In this document: positions 26,431 through 38,045 of the stretch, one piece after another | Layout: each line of letters opens with the position of its first letter | How positions within the stretch are numbered: the stretch's first letter is position 1 | Origin: Isurus oxyrinchus | Lineage: Eukaryota | DNA: 64,000 bases | NCBI GenBank assembly: GCA_026770705.1 | Contig: JANJGN010000020.1 | Location: 61,566,001-61,630,000, forward strand | Direction: 5' to 3' | Translations under genes and position numbers: made by a program | Notes under the pieces: generated by a model | The model's input: only the letters and a program-made list of their open reading frames with translations | Databases searched by the model: none | Told to the model about the DNA's origin: nothing

Positions 26431-27821
26431 CTCGACGATCATCTATTGCAGACCGTGACCAAGGCACTGATGTCCTGAAGCAGACCCTCAACAGTGACCT
26501 TATGTGAGCTGCTTCACAGCAGAGCCATGTCCACATCAATCCACCATGCGGTGCACACGTTCCTCCAGGATCCGATTGCTGTCGGGATCCAGCATCTTCT
26601 GCTCCTCGGATGTCCACAATGTGAGCAAGACCCTGACGTTAAGTCCCGACTCCTGCATGTCACACTTGTCAAGACGAGTTCTGCACCACTATGTTTTCCC
26701 GCCAATGTGGGCAGTACATTTGACATGGGGGGATGATTCTGGTGAGCAGGGCTTATAATGATATGCAGATGTATTAAAATTACATTCTCGACATTCGGTG
26801 GCAGGAAAGGTGGGCCGCTATTGTTGAGCGGAGTGGATGATCACAAACTGGTTTCACGACGGCATGAAACTGATTTTTGGTCTTCCCACCCATATTGTCA
26901 GCTCACACCCTCCATGCCACCCTGATGAAAATTCCACCCAATGTCTCAGAACTGTAGATTGTCCATGCAATATGCACATGATTGACATCTGTGATTGATA
27001 ACGGAGTCAGATTTGCAACACACTGAGTGCCCAATCGAAGCATAATTATAAAGAGTTAGCACGCATAGAGCCATTGATACAAAATCACACCATTATATAA
27101 TATTCATGATGCCCATCTCTCCCTAAAGCGATAGAACTCCACAAAAGACTGAATCTGGAGCCTTTGTATAAGATTTCATGCTCTGTGCAGTCAGGAGACT
27201 TGCTTAGATATTGTAATAGAAAGTATGGAATCCAGTCTATTCTGCCAAGTAAATACTTTGCCAACAACAACGATATGAATACAAAGGACGTGGTGAACTT
27301 GAATGGTTTTTCAAACGACCTTTTAAACATGGCTGTTCATTTTTATTCAGAAAGGGTCAACCTATGATTCAGAGAGAGACAAAGAGAGAAACAGATAGAC
27401 ACTGCCCTATTGGTAGTATTTCTAATTCAAAAACAATTCACTGTTTACCTTAGATTTGTTTATCCAGCTGCATTGGGTGAGTGAAACTAATTATTTGCTG
27501 TGCAGTAGAGAGTCCTAGCTATTTTATGATGTAATATTTTAGTATATTAAGCTGATAAAGTTAATTTGTTGTTTTCAGTTTGTTATCCTAAAAAAAGGAC
27601 TCAAAAAATAATGATTTCTGAGGTAATGTCTGGAAATGTTTATGATTGACATTACTATGGCGATTCAGAAAGTACATTGGCTGCTGGTCCATCCACCAAG
27701 GTGCACTTTCCAAGCGATGCAAAAACTTCTGATTCTGTTTTTCTGGTTAAAAATTCATTTTATCAAAGTAGTCTTGTGCAAATTTGTTGTTCTGAAATAC
27801 AGAAGATAGAATTGACTCTAT

Positions 27822-28706
27822 GGCCTGGATTTTCTGGAGCTGGGCCAAGTCAAGAGGCCTTTAAAAATAGCGGGTGGGACCCGATTTCGCGACTCCCACC
27901 CCCCATTACAGTTTCCTGCAATAATGGTGCGAGTAGCCAGCCCACACACAGCACGCCCGCCCTTCCCGGCTCCATTACAAGGTTGGGCATTTTAAATCTC
28001 CCCCTCTGCAATTTTGATGGTGATGGGCTCATTCTGTTAGGAGGCATGGCTCATGGTTTCTAAAACAAGTTATGAACCATGGGGTACTCTAGTCCTGAGT
28101 CTGGAGCCAAAAAAAAGCCATTCAATATTCCCTTTGAAATGTATTACCCCTCTTGCCTTCTCATAAAGCTGTCATTCAGTCACAGCTATTTATAGTATCA
28201 ATGACAAAAAGCTTTTATCCACTTCACACCTCTTAATTTTGTGTAAGTAAACATACAGACATTGTAAAAACTCTTCAAAGAAAGAATAACTTTTTACAAG
28301 GTCATAAAGATGTCAATCAAATAAAACTTGCACTCCCCCCCTGCAGCTGTGTCAACAGTGCCTGCTGAGCTAAATGCATTAGTCATCCTTGGAGCTCAGC
28401 TGGACATTCATAATGAGATTATCTGGAAAAACAGATATCAGACCATCTGTTCTAAGATTTGAAGTCCTGATAGTTATGATTACAACTGGATGGATGTCCC
28501 AGTTAACAGAAGCGGGTCTTCTAGCCTCCTCGTCTTGCCATTCATCCACCTCCGTTGCCGCCTCAGGACTGCTTTCAGAGGCAGCAGGCCCAAACCCATC
28601 CTGCCCTCACCCCACCAAAATGAAAATCTCCTTAACAGAGACAGATTTGAGGAGTCGGGAATTTTCCAGACTCATGCTTCCTGTCTCGTTTACAAACATC
28701 TGTCCT
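27822..28706. mobile_element. Old Harbinger-like MITE
   Basis: Left end GGCCTGGATTTT follows TAT, and the right end AACATCTGTCCT is followed by TAT. GC-rich subterminal regions. The right TIR is degenerate. Confidence 0.5.
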
Positions 28707-28709
28707 TAT

Positions 28710-29830
28710 GTTCAAGAAATTGGGCTCATTAGCACCTGATTTTTGGGCACTACTAGTGTCCTTCAAACTTCAAAATGGTGTCTGTGACATGTGCACACAC
28801 TTTGCATATTGAATCACGCTGGACGCCATATTGATGCAGGCATTAGCATATGGGCAGTGAATGCCTATCAGAAGAAAGGAGAGCAGACTGATCATGATCT
28901 CAATCAGATTGCAATGCTGGTTTAACATCTGCTGTACAATTTGGAGCTCAAAGCTCCAGCTTGTGCTATCTCTTAACCTTGCACAATTGAACACAGATTC
29001 AGCAGCATTTATGACACCTCCACCAGTGTTACTTAAAGGCATCATCAAGTACTTAAAGGTTTTTTCTATTTGTTCATGGGAGTGTTGCTGGCAAGGCCAA
29101 CATTTTTTTTTATTGCCCATCCCTAATTTGCCTTGAGAAGGTGGTGGTGATCTGCTGCCTTGAACCGTTACAGTCCGTGTGGTGTAGGTACACCCATTGC
29201 TGGGTAGTTGCTGGTTGGTTTGCTCTGGCTGTTGCTATGATTTTACAACTGGTGCTTTCTATGGTCGTTCCAAGTTGCAAAGATCTACAGGGAGCCATGT
29301 GGCAAGTGCTAAAGGACTTTCTGCTGACCATAAGGCTCCTACACAAACCAATTGCTCCTACTCATTGGTGCATTAGAATGCATTCCCCTTGGAATATGGC
29401 ATAACTTGGAGAATGAACAAGGCTGCAGAGAGCAGGACAAGCTTCTAGAAAGGGAGAGGGGGAGAAGGGCTCTCAGCAGGATGCCGTATCTGCCCGAGCG
29501 TATTCCGAGAGCAAATCTCCTACCCGAATCTCAATGAGGAACAATGTGAAAGACGTTTGTGCTTCAGTTAGGATGTGTTCTTGCAGAGAGCCAGCATGGA
29601 CACGGCAGGCTGAATGGCTTCCTTCTGTGCTGTAACTATTCTATGATTTTATGACATCCTCATTTAAGTCTGCTACCTATTGCAACCAGAGCTGCAACCT
29701 CAAAGCAGGGCAAGGAACATATTGCCAGTGACTGTGGAAGATGACTGTGATGATGAACTTCAATGCAGTTAGGCTGGAGCTGGAGATATTTGCTGCCCTC
29801 TTGCATAAGGGAGATCACAGAGACTCTCTA
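28710..29830 (+). mobile_element. Harbinger transposon remnant (family C): terminus plus transposase N-terminus
   Basis: The terminal ~250 bp is homologous to the reverse complement of 43500-43695. 29470-29790 encodes degenerate RRPY..RVFREQ.SY.NL.EEQC.RRL and LQPELQPQS...LPV.V...NF. Interrupted by LINE tail fragments. Confidence 0.65.
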
Positions 29831-30273
29831 TTCAATAAGAATTAACTACATTTCATTTGTTTAAATATTATAATGAGATGGGCAGCCTCATATTGATTTA
29901 CAATTTCAAGTTTAATTCTGGCCGGCCGGGTACCCCAAATCTTGGGAAAACCGGCAGCTAAAAGAAGCTTCATTTATTCAGTATGGTGTTTTTTTATTCT
30001 TATAGCTATAAGTAACTAAATCAGTAATTTATTTCCAGGAACCAATCAAAAAAATCATTTGATTGTCTATGGTAAATCCCTCTCTGAATTCTTTCACTCC
30101 TACTCCCCTACCTTGGAACAGCTCTTTTTTTATTCTTTCATAGAATGTGGATGTTGCTGGCTAGGTCAGTATTTATTGCCCATCCCTAATTACCCTTGAG
30201 AAGGTGGTGTTATTTCTGGCTGTGAGTTACTGCATGGCAGACCTGGGTGATATTAATCTAAATATACAATTAT

Positions 30274-31200
30274 GGGAAGGATTTTGCAGATGGTGGGTTT
30301 CTTACCCCACCACCCGAAGAATTGGCAGGGAACTCATCTCTGCTAATCACAACAGCCCCACAGCAATTTAACATAATTGACTGGAGACAGGACTTCTGTC
30401 CTTCATTTGGGCAGAGGTCCTGCCTCAGAGATCTACCAACTAATCTGTTTGGCTGGCAGCTCAATGGTCCCAGCAGGGCCATTGGCAGCAGTGGGACAAC
30501 AAACTGTCCTGAGATTCTAAGTCCTGGAGTTCAGGAGCAGATAAGTATGAGGTGGGGATGTGAGGCCCAGGGCTGAGGGGTGGGTGGTGGGAGGATGCAT
30601 GCCTGGGAAGAATGGAGAGGAGTTCTTGGTGGAGATGACAATGCAGAAGGGAGCACCTACATGGAGCAGAGCTTGAGGGGACACCCAATTGGAAAGTGGA
30701 CTCTTGAGGGAGGCACCCCTAACCCCCTCCCCCCCCCCAGTTTCTTGACCAAGAGCTGAGCAGGGTGACCTGCCGGGCTTCCCCTTGCATTGAATGCCTC
30801 ACACCAATCTCAAAATTGAAGTCATGCTACCTTACTTTAGATTTGGTAAATATTTGTCTTTGATCTTTGGTTGATTGATGTGACAAATATCAGTGCAATC
30901 CCATCAGCCCTGTCTCTTCTAATTTAAGATAACAGTAGCTTCCTAAAACACAGTGATCAAAAATGCCATCATTCACAAGAGGGCTGGCTGGTTAGGTTAT
31001 TAGTTCAACAATGAGAGATAACTCCACTTAAGGACCTCAATTGGGGCAAGGGTAGGTGGGCTATCCTAAGGCCTCAACCACCCCACGTAAAATTATAGCT
31101 AGGTTGAGGGTGGGTGGGAGAGCACCGGAAAGGTCACCCAAGGAATTTTACAGGACCCCCACCTGCAAACCCATCAGCGGGGGATCATAAAATTCTGCCC
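30274..31200. mobile_element. Harbinger-like MITE with internal insertion
   Basis: TIRs GGGAAGGATTTT / AAAATTCTGCCC with flanks TAT / TAA. An AT-rich foreign segment sits at ~30830-31022. Confidence 0.65.
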
Positions 31201-31406
31201 TAAGTAATAATAATGCATCTAACCTGCTTTTAGTTGATCACATCACAGCTCTTGTGTCACACTTTCTTTTGGGCATCAAAAGGCAACTGGGAAAACAGGT
31301 TCACACCAATCCACAAGTAGAGAGCAGGAATTAACAGCAACAGCATGCATTTATACAGGAAGACATCCCAAGCTGTTTCACAGGGAAAGGACGACTAAGC
31401 CAAAAA

Positions 31407-31505
31407 AGCTCTGAAGAAGAGTCATATGGACTTGAAATGTGAACTCTGTTTCTCTTTCCACAGATGCTGCCAGACCTGCTGAGTTTTTCCAGCATTTTCA
31501 GTTTT
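31407..31505 (+). mobile_element. Penelope 3' end fragment with degenerate hammerhead motif, inserted in an L2 tail
   Basis: CTGAAGA-A-GAGTC-ATATG-GACTT-GAAA followed by the shared gatgctgccagacctgctgagtttttccagc tail. Confidence 0.7.
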
Positions 31506-32445
31506 TAAGTGAAAGAAGAAGCTATTAGCAAGAGTGAAAAAAAGAGTGGTCATAGAGATGAGTTTTATGAAGGATATTAGAGGATAGAGGTGGGGGAGGC
31601 AAGTGAGAGAATCCAAGGGGGTGTGGCCTTGCAGCTGAAAGTATGACTGACATTGATGTTGAAGGGAGGGTAGGATACATAAGGGGCTGAAGTCAGAGGA
31701 ACAGGCCTTTTAGGGTGGAGTGGTTGTAGAGGAGATTACAGAAGTGGGACAAGACTTAAACTTGAGGCTGTAGGTTACCCAGAGGAAGGGCAAGGGAAGA
31801 TTATTTTTTAAAATTATGAATATCGTGTTGTTGGTTATTTTGAGAAATCTTTCCGAAAGGAGTTTCTGAGCTTAAAAGGTAAAAAAAAGCTGAATGAATA
31901 TCAGCATAAATACAGTCCTTCATACAGGTTGCTGGCTAACAGGAGTTGCTAAGCCTGCCACTGAGAAAGAGCTGGAATAATAATAGTAAGATACTAGCTG
32001 GAAAGCCCAACAGTGTGAGAATACTTTCACATTAATGTATACAACCCTTAAAACACAACCTGGCTGGGACAGGTTCTTGAGCATGCTGAAACTGGGTACT
32101 TCGGCAGATCTTGGCATTTTTTAATGTGTGTTAATTGGGTTATTCTCATTGTTGAACTAATAACTTCACCAGCCAGCACTTTGTGAATGATGGTATTTTT
32201 GATTATTGTGTGTTAGCAGGACTAACTGTGCAATGCAAATCAATAGTGCAAGTGAGGAGCGATATGATTTGATATGCGAGGCAGAGTTTAAGTCACTGAT
32301 TTTTCAATTCTGAGATTTCGGGGTTGAGAGTGTCCTATATAAATGAGATAAAGTTCTTCTCTTTCCACTAACTATTAAAGCTCTACTGGAATTGGGATGT
32401 GGACAGGCATCGAGGGCATGAGTCTGTGCTGTAAAGCTACCTAAG

Positions 32446-33965
32446 ATAAAAGCAAAATACTGCGGGTACTGGAAATCTGAAACAAAAACAGAAAATGCTG
32501 GAAAAACTCAGCAGATCTAACAGCATCTGAGGAGAGAAAAATAGAGTTAACGTTTCAAGTCTGTTTGACTCTTCTTCAGAGCTAAAGAGAAGTAAAAATG
32601 TAATGAAATTTATACTGTTTAAGTGGGGTGGAGCAGGTGAAGCTGGAGAGAAGGCCAGCAATAGGTGGGGGCAAAGGAGAGATTGACAAAGATGTCATAA
32701 ACAAAAGGACAAAGGGGTGTTAATGGTTGTGGTGCTGGTTAAAGGAGGTGCTAATGGTGGCATTAAGGTAAGAAAGCAGAATGTGATAATAGCAGGACAC
32801 TCTGGAAAGAACAACATGAATAAGTGACAGATGACCCTTGTGGGGGTGGAGTGGGGGAGGGGACAATGGTGGGAAAATAGCTTGGAAATAGGATAAAAGT
32901 TGGGGATAAAACAATGAATAAAAATGAAAATAAATAAAAGTAAGTGGATTAAATATAAAAATCAATATTGAAAAAAAGGGATATAAGAAGGGTGAGGTTG
33001 GAGGAGAGAGTTGATGGTCTTAAGTTGTTGAACTCAATGTTCCTAACTCAAAGTGCCTAATTGGAAGATGAGATGTTGTTCCTCCAGTTTGCGTTGGGCT
33101 TCACTGGAACATTGCAGCAGGCCAAGGACAGACACGTGGGCATGAGAGCAGGAAAGTGTGTTGAAATGGCAAGCAACAGGAAAGTCTGGGTCATGCTTGT
33201 GGACAGACCGAAGGTGTTCCACAAAGCGGTCACCCAGTCTGTGTAGAAGAGACCGCATTGGAAGCAACGAATGCAGTAGACCAAATTCAAGGAGGTGCAA
33301 GTGAAGCACTGCTTCACCTGAAAGGAGTGTTTGGGCTCTTTGATGGCAAGGAGGGAGGAGGTAAAGGGGCAAGTGTTACACCTTTGGCAATTGTATGGGA
33401 AGGTGCCGTGGGAAGGGGATGATGTGTTGGGGGTGATGGAGGAGTGGACCAGAGTGTCCTGGAGGGAATGGTCCCTATGGAATGCCAACAGGGGGGTTGA
33501 AGGGAAGATGTGTTTGGTGGTGGCATCATGTTGGAGTTGGTGAAAATGGCAGAGGATGATCCTTTGAATGCGGAGGCAGGTGGGGTGAAAAGTGAGGAAA
33601 AGGGGACCCTATCATGGTTCTGGGAGGGAGAGGAAGGTGTGAGGGCAGAGGTGCGGGAGATGGGTTGGACACAGTGGAGGGCCCTGTCAACCACAGTGGG
33701 TGGGAAACCTCGGTTAAGGAAAAAGGAAGACATGTCAGAAGTGCCGTTTTGGAAAACGACATTATCGGAAAAGATGTGACGGAGGTGAAGGAACTGAGAG
33801 AATGGGATGGAGCCCTTACAGGAAGCAGAGTGTGAGGAGCTGTAGTCGAGGTAGCTATGGGAGTCGTGGACTTGTAATGAATATTGGTGGACAGTCTATC
33901 ACCAAAAATGGAGATAGGGAAGTCAAGGAAGGGAAGGGAAGTGTTGGAGATGGACCATGTGAAGT
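32446..33965 (-). mobile_element. 5'-truncated Penelope-like retroelement (RT C-terminus, GIY-YIG endonuclease, 3' UTR)
   Basis: Frameshifted minus-strand motifs MSSFFLNRGFPPTVVDRAL, CQRCNTCPF, FTCTSLNLVYCIRCFQCGLFY, LGDRFVEHLRSV, PVACHFN and QRKLEEQHLIFQLGTL. Confidence 0.9.
32544..32585 (-). ncRNA. Minimal hammerhead-ribozyme-like motif in the Penelope 3' region
   Basis: The minus strand reads CTGAAGA-A-GAGTC-AAACA-GACTT-GAAA-CGTT-AACTC: CUGANGA box, stem II, GAAA box and palindromic AACGTT. Penelope elements are known to carry minimal hammerheads. Confidence 0.6.
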
Positions 33966-35285
33966 TTTGGAGCAGGGACCTAGTGAATGAAGGAGGAAAA
34001 AATTCAGTCCAAATTTTTCTTAAAAACTTGCAGTAACCAGTTACAGAAAAGGAGCCAGTGAACAGATTCTTCCCTGTCCTCTTGGCCTAGGAAATGGTGA
34101 ACACCATAGGATACTTCAGAAGGTGGAAGTTTAAACTCAAATGGAATAAAACAAAAATCAACTTGGAGACCTGACTCCAGCCATTGGAATTTTGTGGCAA
34201 TGTTTGATGTGCACAATATTTTCATTGTTGATGTATTGCTTCCCATTAACTGCATTAAGTTGTTGTATGGGCAATGAGCAACTTGGAGCAGTCAAAGATG
34301 GCTGATACTTACAAACCACTGCATTTTTTTGTATGCTGAACTATTGGAAACATTTTTGAAATTCCACACCTTCCAGCCTACATTCACCTGGAAAATGACA
34401 TCAGTTATGAAGCACTAGCATCATCAGGGGCCATGCCGTGTTGACAGACTGTCTATGCTAGCTGGCTCAGCATTACAAAAGCTGATGATGTTGATGTTTA
34501 GCAAAAACAAAATTTGTTTTCAAACATGATTTTCTTCCTTGCAATTTAGATAAAAGAAAAGACAGTCAAAACTTGAAGAGGGACATTTTGTCATCACTAC
34601 CACTTTTAAGTTAAAGAGAATTACTGTTAAATTTAACATTTTGTATTGCTCTTGATCATTTGAATACTTTTGTTTAAACATTGAAGTGTGATTGTGTTAT
34701 TGGAAGAAAGTGTTTCAAGGTTTCTGAGACCTCCATAAAGGAACTTAACTGCCATCAGCAGAGTTCCATTTAGTAGTACTGTATATTTAAGTGATTGTCT
34801 CTGTTAAATGTGTTCTTGTTAATTCTCCTTCACACTGCCATGGTTAACTGCAATTCCCAGCTGTTACAGTAAAAATATATCCTGCTCTAAAATAAATAGA
34901 TTTTCATAGAAAGGGAACAAAAGAGAATAATTTCATGAAAAAGCATTGGAGGCACTTTCTCTGAAATTGGGTGAGTAATTATTTTTATTCATACTTTGTT
35001 TTGTATATGTTGAGGAGCAGAGGCTGTATATATTTTTTAAAGCATTTTCTTTCCTATTCGTCTGTTGGCTTTCTTCATGCCAAACATCTTCTCTGGCTGT
35101 AAGACTTGACAGGAAATCCTGCTCCAGGCTCTCTGGCATCCTTCTCTAAAACTGGTTGTCAGATGATGTCTGAGGGTGAACTAAGGTCATTCTTGTACCA
35201 ATTTTCCCTCTCTTCCTCTGAAAAGCATCAGATCATAAGTTGCTACCACCTTGGGATAACAAATTGAGTTTGGGAACTCACTATA

Positions 35286-36660
35286 GGGTGGAAGTTTCCG
35301 GCCCCGTTGGTGTTGGGCATGAGCAAATAATACGGAGAGAAGGCCAAAAATCGGTTTCACACCATCATTAAACTAGTTTGGAATCTTCCACTCTGCCCGT
35401 CAATGGCAGGCCATGTTCCCCACCATTGGATGTTAGGAACTCCATTGTAATACTTTTGCATATCATTATAAGCCCAGCTCGCCGGAATCATCCCCCATGT
35501 CAAATTTTCCACCACGTCGGCAGGAAAGCACGCTGTATGACGTGCAGAGGTTGGGACTTAGCGTCGGGGCCTTGCGCACATCGCGGACATCTGAGAAGCA
35601 GAAGATGCTGCAGCCCAACAACAATGGGACCCTGGAGGAACACATGCATTGCATGCTGGGTAGATTCTCATGGACATGGCTCCGACATGAAGCAGCTCAC
35701 AGAAGGTGCAAAATCACGGTTGAGGGTCTGCTTTGGGACTCCAGTGTCCTGGCCATGGTCTGTCACGGATGATCACAGAGAGGGTGGAGAGGAAGGTCCA
35801 GCTATGAGTGGGAGAGGAAGATGTACCAGGGTTGGGGGGGGGGTGCAGAGAGAGGAAGGTCTAGGTTCAATTGGGAGAGGAAGGTGTGTCAGGTGGGTGG
35901 AGGAAGGGGGGGTGAGGTTGGGAGGGGGGGAACAAATGTGTTGGGGGGTGAGGGTGGAAGGTGGGAGGGAGTATAGGGAGAAGAGGGGGTAATGGGGAGA
36001 ATACGGCAACTGGGGAAGTAAATGCAAGGGGGGAGGAAGATGTAAGGGATGGAGTTCAGAGAGGAAAAGGAGTCCAAAGAGGGAAAAGTGTCCAGGGGGA
36101 GGAAACAGTCTGGAGGGAGGAAGGACTGAGTCAGGAAGGGGGAAGGACTAAGAGGGGTGAAGGAGTCCAGTGGGCGGCAAGGAATCCAGTGAGGGGAAGG
36201 AGTCCGGGTGGGAAGCTGCAAGGGGAAAATGAGTTCCAATTGGGGAAGGAGTTCCAAGGGGGGGAGGAGTTCCAAGGGAGGAAGGAGTATGAGGGGACGA
36301 TGTCCAGGTTAATGTGCAAGGGAGGGGTCTGTGGAGTCGATGACTGCCTCCTAGGGAGTGAACTGAGGGTGAGCATGGAAGGAGGAAATGGTGAGAATGA
36401 CAGAGGGGAGAGTGAAGCGATAGGGTGTGTGGGTGAGGCTGCAACAGTGTAGGTGGAAGGGATGGCAAGGGTGGTTGGTGGGGACCCGGATGCAATCACA
36501 GACCCTGGGGATGGGAAGGAGGTGGTCGGGGAGGTTAATGTGGCTGGGGATGGGATTTTCGGGAAGGTAGGGAATGTGCACATTCACCTGGACATCCCCA
36601 AAAGAAAAGGGCTGTGGCTGGTAGGTGACGGTGGGGAAGTTGATGCCGGGGGTCACTCTA
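35286..36660 (-). mobile_element. Truncated inverted copy of the family B element (right end plus repeat module)
   Basis: Starts with TIR GGGTGGAAGTTT, is colinear with the reverse complement of ~25580-26939 and is cut off by an RTE LINE. Confidence 0.8.
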
Positions 36661-37480
36661 GTACATCGCAAGACAGTACGGCATCCGTGAGCAATATATT
36701 GACATCTTCAAAATATTATACCGCAACTCCAGCTGCTATGTTAAGACCAGCACAGACACCACAGACTCCTTCAACATCATTACAGGAGTATGGCAAGGCT
36801 GCATACTCTCCCCATTCCTTTTCCTCTTGGTTATCGATTTCACCATGAGGAAGGCAATGGTGGGTGCAGACCTTGATATCCTGTGAAACACCACCAGTTG
36901 AGGGACCTGGATTTCACAGATGACATCACCTTGCTGGCCAAAGAATCACAGGCACTCCAAGACATGACTACCAGTCTTGAGAGTAGCAGTGCCAAGGTTG
37001 GTCTACGCATCAGCTGCGAGAAGACCAAGACAATGATGACTGGACAGCAACAAGGCCCCCACATCACCATCAGGCAACAGAACATCGAGGACGTTGACCA
37101 CTTCCCCGACCTAGGAAACATCTCTAGGGAGGGCAATGTAGAGATCGACATCCACACAAGGATTGAACAGGTCCATACGGTCTGAGAATCCAACACCAAC
37201 AACACGGCCACAAAGCTGCACATCCATGGAAGTACTAAGTGCAATCTATGCCAGAGAGACATGGAGCAGAACAGCAAAGGTGTTGCACGTAAGTTGAACA
37301 TCTTCCGCCAGCGCTGCCTATTTAAGATTCTGTGATTCACATGGAGAGACAGCATCAAAAACGAAGAAGTGCTACAGAGGACTGGTCAGAGGTGCCTGCG
37401 GAACAACATGACAGAGAGACAACTGAGGCTGGCAAGACAGGCATTTCGTCTCCCAGACGTATGATCCGCCAGAGCGACTA
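36661..37480 (+). mobile_element. RTE-type LINE RT fragment
   Basis: FNIITGVWQGCILSPFLFLLVIDFTMRK and LRDLDFTDDITLLA...LQDMTTSLE...KVGLRISCEKTK. Confidence 0.8.
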
Positions 37481-37738
37481 GTACCACTTAGAGCTAACTA
37501 CATTTTTTAAAGCTAGCATACACCTCTTAAAGAGGAGGTGCATTGTGTTTGGACCAGGCACAGGAAGTTGCTCTAAAAGTGATTTTAACATGGGGAACAC
37601 TCAATTATGACATAATATAGCTCTAAGACTTTGCAGCGCTTCACAAAAGCTTTGATGCAGAACGTGGGGAGAAGGAGGGCCGGGAGATCATCTAGACAAA
37701 TTTTGTGAAGTCAGTGGGACCAGATAGCCATGGTAGTC

Positions 37739-37952
37739 TGTAGTCAGTAAAGGTATAGTCTTTCCTATTGCCTATCAGAGGTCACATGATTGTTCTTGGC
37801 TACTCCGACCAATGAGCCCTAAGCACGGGTAATCCAAGGAGACATGGCTTTCTAGCCGAGGATCTGGTTCAAGTATGTAGTTTCTGAAGAGCTCTCTGTA
37901 ATAAAGTTATCTGTTTCAAGTAGAAACCTGTCTGGCACATCAAGTCATTACC
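37739..37952 (+). repeat. 5' LTR
   Basis: Starts with TG, contains AATAAA, and is a direct repeat of 42107-42323. Confidence 0.88.
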
Positions 37953-38045
37953 TTTGGCGATGAGGGTAAAATAGCTCCGATGCTGCACCTCGCTTTATGT
38001 GAGTACATCAGATCTTAAGAAAATAGAAAAGTATACTCACTAGTC

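Larger units (their letters stand above)
23221..26939 (+). mobile_element. 3.7-kb Harbinger-type TIR element (family B) with a Myb gene but no recognisable transposase
   Basis: Ends GGACAGAATTGT...AAAATTCCACCC with TSD AAT (23218-23220, 26940-26942). Contains a three-exon Myb-like pseudogene followed by a pyrimidine-rich repeat module. Confidence 0.85.
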
